Shown: positions 19,465 to 29,383 of the stretch, in pieces
How the letters are laid out: every line of letters begins with the position of its first letter
Numbering within the stretch: position 1 is the first letter of the stretch
Made by a program: the position numbers and the translations under genes
Notes under the pieces: model-generated
What the model saw: the letters and a program-made list of their open reading frames with translations, nothing else
Databases searched by the model: none
Told to the model about the DNA's origin: nothing
Assembly: GCA_963787685.1 (NCBI GenBank)
Contig: CAWBED010000018.1
Span: 33,556-97,555, forward strand
Length of the DNA stretch: 64,000 nt
Reading direction: 5' to 3'
DNA from: an uncultured Acidobacteriota bacterium
GTDB taxonomy: Bacteria > Acidobacteriota > Terriglobia > Terriglobales > Acidobacteriaceae

Positions 19465-20037
19465 ATGGAACGATGGCTCAATGAGCATTGGGTCCCGATC
19501 GCGCTGTGCGCGGCGATCCTGCTCACGCTATTGATCCCGATTCTGGCGCTGCGATGGGATCTCGCATGGCTGCTCATCTACGCGATGCTGCCTGTCTACA
19601 TGTTCCATCAGGTTGAGGAGCACACCGGCGACCGCTTTCGCGAGTTCGTGAATCGAAAAGTTTTTGGCGGCGTTCAAGCGCTGACGCCCCTTGCCGTGCT
19701 ATGGATCAATCTGCCGGGAGTCTGGGGTGTTGGTTTGCTCTCGCTATATGCGGCGAGTTTTGTGGCTCCGGGATGGGGCCTGAGCATCGTGTATCTCACG
19801 CTGGTCAATGCGGTGGTGCACATCGCGGCGGCGTTAGGGTTCCGTGAATATAATCCGGGACTTTGGACAGCCATTTGCCTTTTTGTGCCGGTGGGCGCAC
19901 TGGCGCTCTTGAAGGTGAGCGCCCTCCCGGGAGTTGGACGCATTCATCACGCTGTGGGATTGGTGATCGGGCTTGGGATTCACGCCGCCATCATCGTGTA
20001 TACGCGCCATCGCGCAGCAAGAATCGCTTCAATTTAG
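19465..20037 (+). CDS. HXXEE-domain membrane protein
   Basis: MERWLNEHW..., 5-6 TM helices, and the HQVEEH motif. The upstream part of ORF 19213..20037 overlaps lipA and was discarded. Confidence 0.65.
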   Translation: MERWLNEHWVPIALCAAILLTLLIPILALRWDLAWLLIYAMLPVYMFHQVEEHTGDRFREFVNRKVFGGVQALTPLAVLWINLPGVWGVGLLSLYAASFVAPGWGLSIVYLTLVNAVVHIAAALGFREYNPGLWTAICLFVPVGALALLKVSALPGVGRIHHAVGLVIGLGIHAAIIVYTRHRAARIASI

Positions 20038-21671
20038 TAAGTGCCCACCCTCACGCGCACGACTTGCGGCACAGAGGCAAAATTCAATCCCCAGTCGGTT
20101 TGATCGCCATTCCATATGCGAATCGGTTTGAAAGTTCCGTTTTCGTAGCTGCCTTCTTCGACCCGGACGTATTCGCGTTGCTTTCGCGAAGACGAGTCTG
20201 CGACATGGAAATCGACACGGCAGAAAAACCCTGCGACGAGGAACTCATTGTCCGCGAGTTGTGCGACAAATGCGCGCCCGGTTGGTTCCGGGTTGCCCGG
20301 CGGATCACTGGCCCCAAACTGTCCAAGCCCGTAGGACACCGTGACTTTCCATTGCCCGAAATCCAGCGACCCGGTGGGTTTGCCCTTTTCCTCTACAACC
20401 GCTTTCAGCTTGCCGTCAAAATTCAGGCGCGCGATTTCTCGATCCATGGGAGCGACAAGCTTGTAGTTGAGAGCGAACGGTTCCAGCGATTTTTCGGTGA
20501 TCTGGGTTGCGCCGATCGGAGCGTTGTCATATTTCGTGTAATCGAGGCCAAAGGGTGAGAATCCGATGGCTTGGTGCCCCAGAGCAGCGAAAAAATATCG
20601 TGAATATGCGGGCGATTGGCCAGTCTCCGGAACAAACATCGCATTGTCCGGGCGATGATACAGATCAAGAATCTTCAGATATTCCGCGCTACCTTCCATA
20701 TAGATATCCGGTGCGACGAGATCAATTGACGGAGCCGCGGCTTTCCAGATGGGAATGACATTGTCGGTGGCCCCACCCGTCTCGTAGTTGTGTTCATGCG
20801 TTGTCTGAAATGGATTCCGCAGCGCCGCGTTCACATAGAGCGGTAACGGATAGATGGCTTTTCCCGCAGCGGCGATCTGCTCAATGTATCGAGCCACGAA
20901 CCACGCGTGGAAGAATTCTTCCGCGTCCTCGCCGAAGACTTGCTGCCAATTCTCAGAAGCAGAGGCCGTTTTGTCCAAGGACTTAAGCAGTTCGAGCGGC
21001 ACCGGCGCCTCAAACGCGTTTTGAGCCGCAGGGGAGTAATCGCGAACACTGCCCCAAGTGCCGGGCTCGTTCTCGACCTGAACCATCAGCACGGTACGTT
21101 CTTCATCGGATGCCTTGAGATGGCGCATCAGCGCGCTGAACGCTTTGACATCGGCCTGGAGCGTTGCGCTTGCAAAGGGAGACGGCGAGTCCACGGGCAG
21201 CCCCTTCGCGCCAATCATCTTCGGATAGCGCTCGGGCTGACTCTTCATCCATAGAGGAATGTAGTGAGAGCTGCCGTTCTTCCACGTACCGAACCAGAGC
21301 AGAACGAGATGGACGTGATGCTCGCGAGCCTGCGCGAGCAGAGTGTCGAGCAGGGAGTAGTCAAATCGTCCTTCTTCCGGCTCGAACTGCTCCCAATAGA
21401 TCGGCAACTCCACAGTATTCGCGTGGAGATACTCGATGGCAGGCCAGACCTTCGGCAACATCGCGGGCCATGCGCTGGAATTGTTGGCCTGGGCGCCCAG
21501 CATCAGGAACGGAGCGCCGTCCACGAGGAGAGCGTAACGGCCGTCTTTCTGCTCAATGCGAGGAATGGGGTGAGCGTTCGATTGTGCGAACGTCGCCTGC
21601 GAAAAAGAGCAGGCCAGCAGAACTAAACAAACGAATGCGTATGAAGCTCCCTGGGGCGGGTTCGTATTCAT
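20034..21671 (-). CDS. Secreted glycoside hydrolase, GH35/GH42-like beta-galactosidase fold (DUF5597-type)
   Basis: Signal peptide. TIM-barrel motifs ANTVELPIYWEQFEPEEGRFDYS, LLWFGTWKNG and VQVENEPG (acid/base Glu region). Confidence 0.8.
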   Translation of the reverse strand: MNTNPPQGASYAFVCLVLLACSFSQATFAQSNAHPIPRIEQKDGRYALLVDGAPFLMLGAQANNSSAWPAMLPKVWPAIEYLHANTVELPIYWEQFEPEEGRFDYSLLDTLLAQAREHHVHLVLLWFGTWKNGSSHYIPLWMKSQPERYPKMIGAKGLPVDSPSPFASATLQADVKAFSALMRHLKASDEERTVLMVQVENEPGTWGSVRDYSPAAQNAFEAPVPLELLKSLDKTASASENWQQVFGEDAEEFFHAWFVARYIEQIAAAGKAIYPLPLYVNAALRNPFQTTHEHNYETGGATDNVIPIWKAAAPSIDLVAPDIYMEGSAEYLKILDLYHRPDNAMFVPETGQSPAYSRYFFAALGHQAIGFSPFGLDYTKYDNAPIGATQITEKSLEPFALNYKLVAPMDREIARLNFDGKLKAVVEEKGKPTGSLDFGQWKVTVSYGLGQFGASDPPGNPEPTGRAFVAQLADNEFLVAGFFCRVDFHVADSSSRKQREYVRVEEGSYENGTFKPIRIWNGDQTDWGLNFASVPQVVRVRVGTY

Positions 21672-21707
21672 GAAATTGAGGAATCCTTTCCTCGTGGTGC
21701 GATGGCG

Positions 21708-23904
21708 CTACGCGACTTCGACCAGTCCGTAAGTATGCTGCCAGCGCGTTCGCATCTGCACTAAAGCCCGGCTGATTTCTTCGGCGGAGATCTCTGAGTT
21801 CGGGCCGGCGAGAACGGCTGCCGCTTCGTGTTTCGCGGCTTCGAGCAATTGTGCGTCGCGAATGATATTGGCCACGCGAAAACTCGGTAGTCCGGCCTGG
21901 CGCGTACCGAAAAATTCTCCCGGGCCACGAAGTTCCAGATCGAGTTGCGCGATTTCAAAGCCGTCGTTGGTTCGTGTCATGGCGTCGAGCCGCTTCTGGC
22001 CGTCCTCGGAAATCTTGCCGCCGGTCATCAATACACAGTACGACTTGGCTGCGCCGCGGCCGATGCGCCCGCGAAGTTGGTGCAGCTGCGCCAGTCCAAA
22101 ACGTTCGGCGTGCTCGATCACCATCATCGTTGCGTTGGGAACGTCGACGCCGACTTCGATCACGGTGGTGGCTACGAGAATCTGCAGCTCTCCCTTTTGA
22201 AACATGCGCATGACTTGGTCTTTCAAATCGGCATCGAGACGGCCGTGGAGCAGCCCCACTTTCAGGTCGGCGAAAATCTTGCCGCTCAGTTCGCGGTACA
22301 TCTTTATCGCAGCCTTCAACTCGCTTTCTTCATTCTCCGCGATCACGGGATAGACGACGTACGCTTGATGTCCGGCCTCCACTTGCTTGCGAACGAAGTC
22401 CCAGACTTTTGGCGACTGATCGTCTGCAACGCAGCGGGTGATGATGGGCGTGCGTCCGGGCGGCAATTCGTCGAGCACGCTCAGGTCGAGATCACCATAG
22501 AGCGTCAGCGCGAGAGTTCGAGGGATCGGCGTTGCCGTCATGACCAGAACGTCAGGCTCAGCGAGTGCTCCCATCGAGGTTTGCCTCGCTGGACGGCCGG
22601 TCGCCGCCGCCGACCCTTCGTCGCCTGATTTCTTCATCAGCTTCAGCCGCTGCATTACTCCGAAGCGATGCTGTTCGTCCACAATTACGAGCCCTGGCTT
22701 CGCGAACTCAACTTTTTCCTCCAGCAAGGCGTGCGTCCCGATTACAAGCTGGGCGCTGCCTTGGGCGATGTGACGGCGGATCTCGCGCTTACGGTCGGAC
22801 TCAAGCGATCCGGTAAGAAGGACGATCCGATATCCCGCATTCTCCAGAATTCTTCGTGCGGAAAAATAATGCTGCTGCGCGAGAATTTCGGTGGGCGCCA
22901 TCAAGGCCACCTGGCATCCGTTCTCGATGGCGATGATGGCGGCCTCAAAAGCCACGATGGTCTTGCCCGATCCGACATCGCCCTGTAACAGACGCCGCAT
23001 GGGATAAGGCTTTTCCATGTCTGCGGCGATCTCTTTTAGGACGCGTTTCTGCGCCGCCGTGGGATGAAATGGCAGGATCTTCTTGATCGCCGCCCGCACC
23101 CGGTCGTCCAGGCGGAATGCAATCCCGGTCTGCGCTTTTTGCTGGCGACGCTTCAGCTCCAGCCCCAACTCGACGAAAAATAGCTCGTCAAAAATCATCC
23201 GGATATGCGCTGGCGTGCGCGACGTTTGCAAGGCTTCGAAGCTTTCGCCCGGCTCGGGCCAATGCACATTCCAGAGCGACGCCCGCGGCGAGATCAGGCC
23301 CAAGTGCGCACGCACAGCTGCAGGGATGGCCTCTGGAAGATCCGGCGTCAGGTTATCCAGCGCGGTGCGGATGATTCGCCGGAACCATTTCGAAGTCAGC
23401 CTTCCCGTTGCTTCATAAATCGGGACGATGCGACCGATCTCCAGCGATTCAGCTGCTTTCTTTTCGGCGCCATTATTTCCACCGTCGCCGGGCTCGCCCA
23501 ATATTTCGAACTGCGGCTGGATGATCTGGAGCTCGCGGCTGCGCTGGTCCTCTTCGACCTTCCCGTAGAGCGCGATCATCTGCCCGGGGACGAACTTATC
23601 CTGAAGATAGGTCGCGTTGAACCAGAGGCAGCGCAACTTGGCGCGGCCTTGTCCTACAGTGAGCTGGAAAATCGGCATGCTGCGTGTGCGGAACAAGCCT
23701 GAATTGCGCACCTCTCCGACGATCGTAGCCATTTCTCCGGCCCGCAATTCGGCAGATGCCCCGCGGGTTCAGGCGGTCTTCGTAGCGAAAAGGAAGATAA
23801 TGGAGCAGGTCGCCGACGGTATGAATCCCCTTGCCAGCCAGCGCTTCGGCAATGCGCGGACCGACGCCCTTCACATACTGCACGGGCGTGGAGAGTTCAA
23901 GCAT
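21708..23904 (-). CDS. recG: ATP-dependent DNA helicase RecG, reading frame broken by an apparent extra base near 23754
   Basis: The body 21708..23747 has the wedge/OB region, GDVGSGKT (Walker A), DEQHRFG, TATPIPRT and QLHQLRGRIGRG. The N-terminus MLELSTPVQYVKGVGPRIAEAL...LPFRYEDRLNPRGI is in the frame one base earlier, starting at ATG 23904. Confidence 0.9.
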
Positions 23905-24080
23905 TCGTGAGGAGTCCGGGGAACCATCCCTTCGCAACCCAGAGAAAGGATGGAGCACCAAAGAATAGCAGGAGCCAGCCGGGCGCCGCTTGCAAGCCAT
24001 GATCGCAAATGCATCTCTGAGCCAGCTTTCCGTTCCAATTCGAAACCGGTGTTGCGGTCTCCGAGCCGGGAGGAACTCCT

Positions 24081-24287
24081 GTGGTGTCTAAACCATCAGT
24101 GCTCGCGAACTTTCTCCAGGCGCTGCTGGCCATTGTTCTGGGGAATGTCGTTTATTTCCTTCTGTTGCCTTCGCTTCCGCCGGTTGCACGACACCATCCC
24201 TTTCGGATCGACTTGGGTACGGCCTTAGATTTCTGGTTCTGCCTGGTCGCCTACGGGCTGATCCGGACCGCCCGAAAATGGCGTTAG
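24081..24287 (+). CDS. Small hypothetical membrane protein
   Basis: 68 aa with two hydrophobic helices. No recognisable motif. Confidence 0.35.
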   Translation: MVSKPSVLANFLQALLAIVLGNVVYFLLLPSLPPVARHHPFRIDLGTALDFWFCLVAYGLIRTARKWR

Positions 24288-24368
24288 CTGCAATCAACCT
24301 TTGTTTGTCGCGATCCAGTTACTTTCGGAACGTCAGTGGTTACCTTCGCGAGGGTAGAATCCGTTGGA

Positions 24369-25859
24369 ATGCCGAAAATGGCCGTTTTGTACGAGGCTGG
24401 CCAGGCTGTGCTCTCGACCTTTGATTCGGACGAGGTCCTGCAGCGGATTCTCGCCATCGCCCGTGATCATTTTCACTTGCCGAATGTGGCCATCTTGTTG
24501 ATCGACAAGGAGGCGCAGCAGCTGTTTGTCCGCTCGCAGATCGGCTGGGATACAGGCAAAGACAACATTCGACTCGGCATTCACGACGGGATTAGCGGCG
24601 CCGCAGTCTCTACTAAGAAACCCGTTCATGCTCCCGACACGAGTAAGGATTCGCGCTACATTTGCGCTGCGAAATCTACCTGCTCCGAGTTGGCGATCCC
24701 GCTGCTGGTGAGGGATGAGGTCATAGGAGTCCTCGATTGTCAGAGCGACCGACTGAACCGCTTCGACGACGAGACGATCGAGCTGTTGACGCTCTTCTCG
24801 ACCCAGGCTGCGCTGGCATTGCAGAATGCCCGCCTGTATTCACTGGAGCGCCAGCGCGCGCGACAACTCCAAGCCATCAATGCAATCGCGCAGCAGAGCA
24901 CGGCGGTGATGGAGCTTGAAGATCTGCTCGCTCGCGCGTGTTCCGTGATCCAGCAGGCATTCCAGGTTTCGCACGTTTCTCTCTGTTTGCGGGAAGACGA
25001 CCACCTGGTTATGCGCGCGCACCATGGCGCACTGACACCCAACTTTCCGGAAGGCGGGCGATTTCCAGCCAGCCAAAGGCCGTGGTCGGAGGTGATCGCG
25101 ACCGGTGGCACAATAATCGAGAGAGACTTGAGTCGAGAATCGGACTCGACCCGTCTCTTCAAAGAGTGCGAATCGCAGATGAGCATTCCCTTGATTTCCT
25201 TCGGGCAAACTCACGGCGTGCTCACGCTGCATAGCTCTCAACGGAATACCTTCCGCGAAAACGAACTCCAGCCGCTCGAATCTGTGGCCGACATTTGCGC
25301 GAACTCGATTCAGAATGCGCACTACGTCCAGCGGGTGAAGCAGCTGGCGTACCTCGATGGGCTCACCGGGATCTTCAACCGGAGGTTCTTCGAGCTGCGG
25401 ATCATGGAGGAAATCGAGCGCGCCCGGCGTTATGGAACCGGCATGGCCGTCATCATGGCCGACATCGATCAGTTCAAGCAGCTCAATGACGAGTTCGGAC
25501 ACCTGCTCGGCGACGAAGTTCTGCGCCAGGTTTCTTCCCTCTTTCACCAGCAACTGCGCAAGATCGATGTGGTTTGCCGCTACGGCGGAGAGGAATTCGC
25601 GATTCTGCTGACCCAGACCAACTGCCAGCAAGCGACGGCGATTGCCGAGAAATTACGGAAGATGGTCGCGGAGTGGCAGTTTCCGGGAGTGCCGCGGACG
25701 GTCACCATCAGCGCAGGCGTGGCCGCGTTCCCGACGCACGGCAAAACGCGGGATGAAATGATTCGCGCCGCCGACAGCGGACTCTATGCTGCAAAGCAGG
25801 CTGGACGCAACCGCGTCTGCCTGCCCAGCCTTACAAACGGGGCGTCGAACGGTCGTTAA
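24369..25859 (+). CDS. Diguanylate cyclase with two N-terminal GAF domains
   Basis: Two GAF-like blocks (…VLDCQSD…, …GVLTLHS…) followed by GGDEF-domain motifs DIDQFKQLNDEFGH and RYGGEEFAILL. The ORF track begins at GTG 24336. Confidence 0.9.
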   Translation: MPKMAVLYEAGQAVLSTFDSDEVLQRILAIARDHFHLPNVAILLIDKEAQQLFVRSQIGWDTGKDNIRLGIHDGISGAAVSTKKPVHAPDTSKDSRYICAAKSTCSELAIPLLVRDEVIGVLDCQSDRLNRFDDETIELLTLFSTQAALALQNARLYSLERQRARQLQAINAIAQQSTAVMELEDLLARACSVIQQAFQVSHVSLCLREDDHLVMRAHHGALTPNFPEGGRFPASQRPWSEVIATGGTIIERDLSRESDSTRLFKECESQMSIPLISFGQTHGVLTLHSSQRNTFRENELQPLESVADICANSIQNAHYVQRVKQLAYLDGLTGIFNRRFFELRIMEEIERARRYGTGMAVIMADIDQFKQLNDEFGHLLGDEVLRQVSSLFHQQLRKIDVVCRYGGEEFAILLTQTNCQQATAIAEKLRKMVAEWQFPGVPRTVTISAGVAAFPTHGKTRDEMIRAADSGLYAAKQAGRNRVCLPSLTNGASNGR

Positions 25860-25874
25860 GAGCTCCAGAGCGAG

Positions 25875-26978
25875 CTACAACCAGTCGCCCCTCATCTGAC
25901 GAAATCGCAGCCGCAGATTTTCCATGTCCTTGCGGATCTGCTCCCGCTGTTTTTCCGACTGATGCAGGAATTCCTTCTGCTCGCGGCGAAATTCTTCGCG
26001 AAGTTCAGCAGCCGCCTTGCGGGAGTTTTCGGCGGCTAATTCCATTTGTGGCCGCAGTTGCGCCAGTTCACCACCCAGCTTACTCAATTCCAGCGCGGAC
26101 TCGGCACTGATGGCCGGCTCAACGCCGAAGCTTTCCTCCTCCAGCAGATCGCCAGATTCCTTGCGCGCCGGCAGCGGCAGCGTCAGAGTTTGTTCCTTCT
26201 TCTCCCGCATTACGCCAACGCTGACTGAGTTGCCGCTGCGCGCGCGCACTGCGTGGGAAAAGTCGCTGGTATCGTGCACCGGCTGGTCGTTGATCTTGAC
26301 GATGACATCTCCGGCCCGGAAGCCTGCCTTCTCGGCACGGCTGCCTTTGTCGACCGCGCGAATGAGCACTCCGTTGCCATTCTTGACACCGAAAAATTCA
26401 CCGAGCTGTGGAGTGATGTTCTCAACCATGAGCCCGCTGCGCGCCGACTGCGTGACCACCACCATGTTGATGGAGGGCATGTCGATGTCTGGCATGTGAA
26501 TTTCCGGGATCTGCATGTGGAAGTCTCCGGGATTGGGCCCGACGAACGAAAATTGCTTGCGCTTATCCGCGAGCTGAGCCTTGACGGTAACGGGTTGGCC
26601 ATCGCGGCTCAGCCCGAACGAAACGATGCGGCCCGGAGGCGTCTCGTGGATCAAGCGCTCCAGCTGCGCTTTGCTTTCCACTGGCGTTCCATTCATCGTG
26701 AGAATGACGTCATGCTCCTTGATGCCCGCTTTTCCGGCTGGGGCATCCTGGTCCACCATCGTCACCTCAACGCCCTTTTCGTCTTTGAGTTTCAAGGCGC
26801 TGAGGCGCTCGGCGGTGATGTCGGCGATATCGACGCCCAGATAGGAAGTAGTCCCACCGTCTTCGCTGGAGAAGACCCACGGCTGCCCTGGCCCATTCGC
26901 CGACCAGTTCTGCGCCGCGTAGGATGAACATGGCAGCAACGGCAACAACGCGAAGATGGTCCAAACATGTTTGCGCAT
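25875..26978 (-). CDS. Secreted double-PDZ-domain protein with a C-terminal coiled coil
   Basis: Signal peptide. Two PDZ-like blocks (GVEVTMVDQDAPAGKAGIKEHDVILTMNG and GVLIRAVDKGSRAEKAGFRAGDVIVKIND). No protease domain. Confidence 0.8.
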   Translation of the reverse strand: MRKHVWTIFALLPLLPCSSYAAQNWSANGPGQPWVFSSEDGGTTSYLGVDIADITAERLSALKLKDEKGVEVTMVDQDAPAGKAGIKEHDVILTMNGTPVESKAQLERLIHETPPGRIVSFGLSRDGQPVTVKAQLADKRKQFSFVGPNPGDFHMQIPEIHMPDIDMPSINMVVVTQSARSGLMVENITPQLGEFFGVKNGNGVLIRAVDKGSRAEKAGFRAGDVIVKINDQPVHDTSDFSHAVRARSGNSVSVGVMREKKEQTLTLPLPARKESGDLLEEESFGVEPAISAESALELSKLGGELAQLRPQMELAAENSRKAAAELREEFRREQKEFLHQSEKQREQIRKDMENLRLRFRQMRGDWL

Positions 26979-26995
26979 TGTCAGTCCCTCATTTT

Positions 26996-27075
26996 GAGTG
27001 ACTAGTGGTTAGTGATCAGTGGCTAGGGGCTCAACTGTCCTTAGCTATCCACTGACCACTATCCACTGATCACTT
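26996..27075. repeat. Intergenic element of two complementary tandem-heptamer blocks (PDZ gene / DUF4097 gene)
   Basis: Left block GTGACTAGTGGTTAGTGATCAGTGGCTAG. The right block reverse-complemented is GTGATCAGTGGATAGTGGTCAGTGGATAGCT. Confidence 0.7.
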
Positions 27076-27084
27076 CTTCTTTTC

Positions 27085-28290
27085 TTACCGATTTGCTTTC
27101 CGAATGCAGATGTCGCCGCTCGACGTGTGCACCTTCACCGTCGGGCCTCCGCCATTCAGCGCGCCATCGGCAGTCAGCGTCTTGCTCCACTGATCGCCCT
27201 CGCTGCTGACGTGGATCTCCGGGAAATCCGACGTGATGCGATGTCCGCTGCCCATGTCGACGCTGGCACGAACATTAATCGCGACATCGGAGGCGATGTA
27301 TACCGTGATGTCACCCGCGCCCGTCTCGAGATCGGAATCGTGGCGCTCGCTACCCGTATTCACCAACTTCACGGTGATGCCACCCGCTCCGGTCTCTGCG
27401 TGGGCCGACGGCACTCCGTAAAGCTCTATGCCGCCGCCACCGGTCTCAGCGTGAACATGTCCCTTGGCCGAAGTCAGGTGGATCGTTCCGCCTCCGGTTT
27501 CAATTTCCGCAGGACCGCCGAGGTCGCTTAAATCAATGCTGCCTCCGCCTGTTGAAACTTTTATTTTCCCCCCACATTGCCGCACTTCGATGCTGCCGCC
27601 GCCGGTTTCGACGGTAGCCCCTCCCGCGCAGGATTCGATCCGAATACCGCCGCCGCCGGTTTCCGCCGATACCTTTCCGTTCGCGTGCCGGATCGCGATC
27701 GAGCCTCCGCCTGTGTGCAGGCCCATATCCCCACTGACGGTTCCGACATCGATTGATCCGCCGCCGGTCTCGGCGTTCACGCCGCCGCCGATGTCGTCGA
27801 GCTTCATGTTGCCGCCGCCGCTCTCGGCCTCGACTCGGCCGGCGATACCTTCCGTGTCTACGTTGCCGCCTTCGGTCTCGAGTTTCACCAGCGCCATCTC
27901 GCGCGGAACGTTGATGGAAAACTCTCCGGAAAAGTGGCGGGGCTGATGTCCTCCCTGCCAATCGCCGACGATCCAGGCGGTGTCGCCTTTCACGTAAGCG
28001 GTCACTTTGAACTGTTCGAATTGGTGGCGGGCTTCCTGCTCAGAAGAAGTTTTGAAGTTCGTATGAACGACGTAATTGATGCCCTGCTGCTGCCCACCCC
28101 GTACCCGAACGGAGCCCATGTCAACCTTGACCCTTAAGTTCTTGACCGTTGCCAGCGAACCGGTGATCTCCTGTCCCCAGGTTCCACCTTCGCGGGCCAT
28201 GTGTGTTTCCTGCGCCACGGCCAGCGGCGCAAGCAGGGCCAGCACACCGGCCAACCCGACGATTTGTAGCGCTCGTTTCAAAGTATCCAC
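27085..28290 (-). CDS. DUF4097 beta-helix repeat protein (putative adhesin-like)
   Basis: Signal peptide, then at least 10 repeats of the ETGGGSI / ETGGGGI unit. Confidence 0.8.
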   Translation of the reverse strand: MDTLKRALQIVGLAGVLALLAPLAVAQETHMAREGGTWGQEITGSLATVKNLRVKVDMGSVRVRGGQQQGINYVVHTNFKTSSEQEARHQFEQFKVTAYVKGDTAWIVGDWQGGHQPRHFSGEFSINVPREMALVKLETEGGNVDTEGIAGRVEAESGGGNMKLDDIGGGVNAETGGGSIDVGTVSGDMGLHTGGGSIAIRHANGKVSAETGGGGIRIESCAGGATVETGGGSIEVRQCGGKIKVSTGGGSIDLSDLGGPAEIETGGGTIHLTSAKGHVHAETGGGGIELYGVPSAHAETGAGGITVKLVNTGSERHDSDLETGAGDITVYIASDVAINVRASVDMGSGHRITSDFPEIHVSSEGDQWSKTLTADGALNGGGPTVKVHTSSGDICIRKANR

Positions 28291-28338
28291 CTCACTTCTC
28301 GCGATCTGTTCGCGAATGTCCTTGTAGATCTGTCTTGC

Positions 28339-29286
28339 CTAATCAATTTCCGGAAGCTGCGCCAGCATGGTGCGCGCCTGTGACTTGATGTACTGGCTCT
28401 GATCCTTCGCCGCCAGCGCCATCAGCACGCCGCGCACGCTGCCATCGGCTTTGACTGGCTCGATCAACCGCAGTGCTTCAATCCGTACCCCAGAGTTGTC
28501 ATCGTTCACCAGCGATCGCAGCACGGCATCGCGCACGTTCGTATCCGTCTTGACGTAGTTTCCGAGCGCGTCCAGAGATTTCAGCCGAACTCCAGGATTC
28601 GTGTCGTTTTGCAGCGCATAGATCAGGGCATCCCGAACCTGCTGATCGCTGCTGCGTTGCGCCAGCAATCCAACGGAATCCACGCGCACGCCCGAATTGT
28701 TATTGCGGGCTGCGTACAAGAGTAGTTGCTGGATCTGCTGATCGTTCAACGAACCCTGCGCCTGCTGCGTAGAAACCGTGTTGTATTTGATTGTGACTTG
28801 ATCTGTGCCGGCAACGGGAGTAATGGAGTCAACGCCAGCGATAGAGGATTCTGCAGGAGCACTGTTTGGATTGCTGGTGGTTACGGGAATGCCGGCAACG
28901 GTTGTCGGGTGCGATCCGTAAATCTTGTATGTGGTTCCGATGCCTGCCGCGAATCCAAGAATGAGAATGACCGAGGCCAGTGCGGGCGAGAAGCTTACTT
29001 GTCGCAGCCAGTTTGCCGGATCGAATGTCAGCCTGCTCCAGAACGAGCCTTGCTGCGCGGTCTCCAGCCCTTCCTGCAGGCGCATACGCGACGACGCCAG
29101 AAGATTCGGCGTCGGATCTTCCGCGCGATCCTGCGCGAGCAGCGCATGAAACTCTTGCTCCGCCTTCAGTTCGGCTGCGCAGTCCTCGCAGCGGGCCACG
29201 TGCTGCTCCAGTTCATGGCGGGCATCATCGGCCAGTTCGCCATAAACCTGAAGCACGATATTTTCTCGAACCCATTCACATTTCAT
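28339..29286 (-). CDS. Anti-sigma factor (zf-HC2) with TM helix and periplasmic HEAT-like repeats
   Basis: N-terminal H..x3..C..C pattern (HVARCEDC), one TM helix (ALASVILILGFAAGIG), and repeated NSGVR/NPGVR...L units. Confidence 0.8.
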   Translation of the reverse strand: MKCEWVRENIVLQVYGELADDARHELEQHVARCEDCAAELKAEQEFHALLAQDRAEDPTPNLLASSRMRLQEGLETAQQGSFWSRLTFDPANWLRQVSFSPALASVILILGFAAGIGTTYKIYGSHPTTVAGIPVTTSNPNSAPAESSIAGVDSITPVAGTDQVTIKYNTVSTQQAQGSLNDQQIQQLLLYAARNNNSGVRVDSVGLLAQRSSDQQVRDALIYALQNDTNPGVRLKSLDALGNYVKTDTNVRDAVLRSLVNDDNSGVRIEALRLIEPVKADGSVRGVLMALAAKDQSQYIKSQARTMLAQLPEID

Positions 29287-29298
29287 CGTTGCACCTTC

Positions 29299-29383
29299 GA
29301 GCTATGAGCCTTGAGCGATGAGCAGCGAGCAATCCGGGAATCTTCAAGTTGATCGCTCATAACTCACATCTCATAACTCATCG
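29299..29383. repeat. Same architecture (anti-sigma / sigma)
   Basis: Left GAGCTATGAGCCTTGAGCGATGAGCAGCGAGC. Right GATCGCTCATAACTCACATCTCATAACTCATCG. Units are xATGAGC versus GCTCATx, and several pairing registers are possible. Confidence 0.6.

Noticed and set aside
27464-27961. Pro-rich (plus strand) and Arg-rich (minus strand, other frame) ORFs inside the DUF4097 gene
   Set aside because: They are alternative-frame readings of the GGxGGxGG-encoding repeats. The ETGGGSI-repeat frame with its signal peptide is the coherent one.
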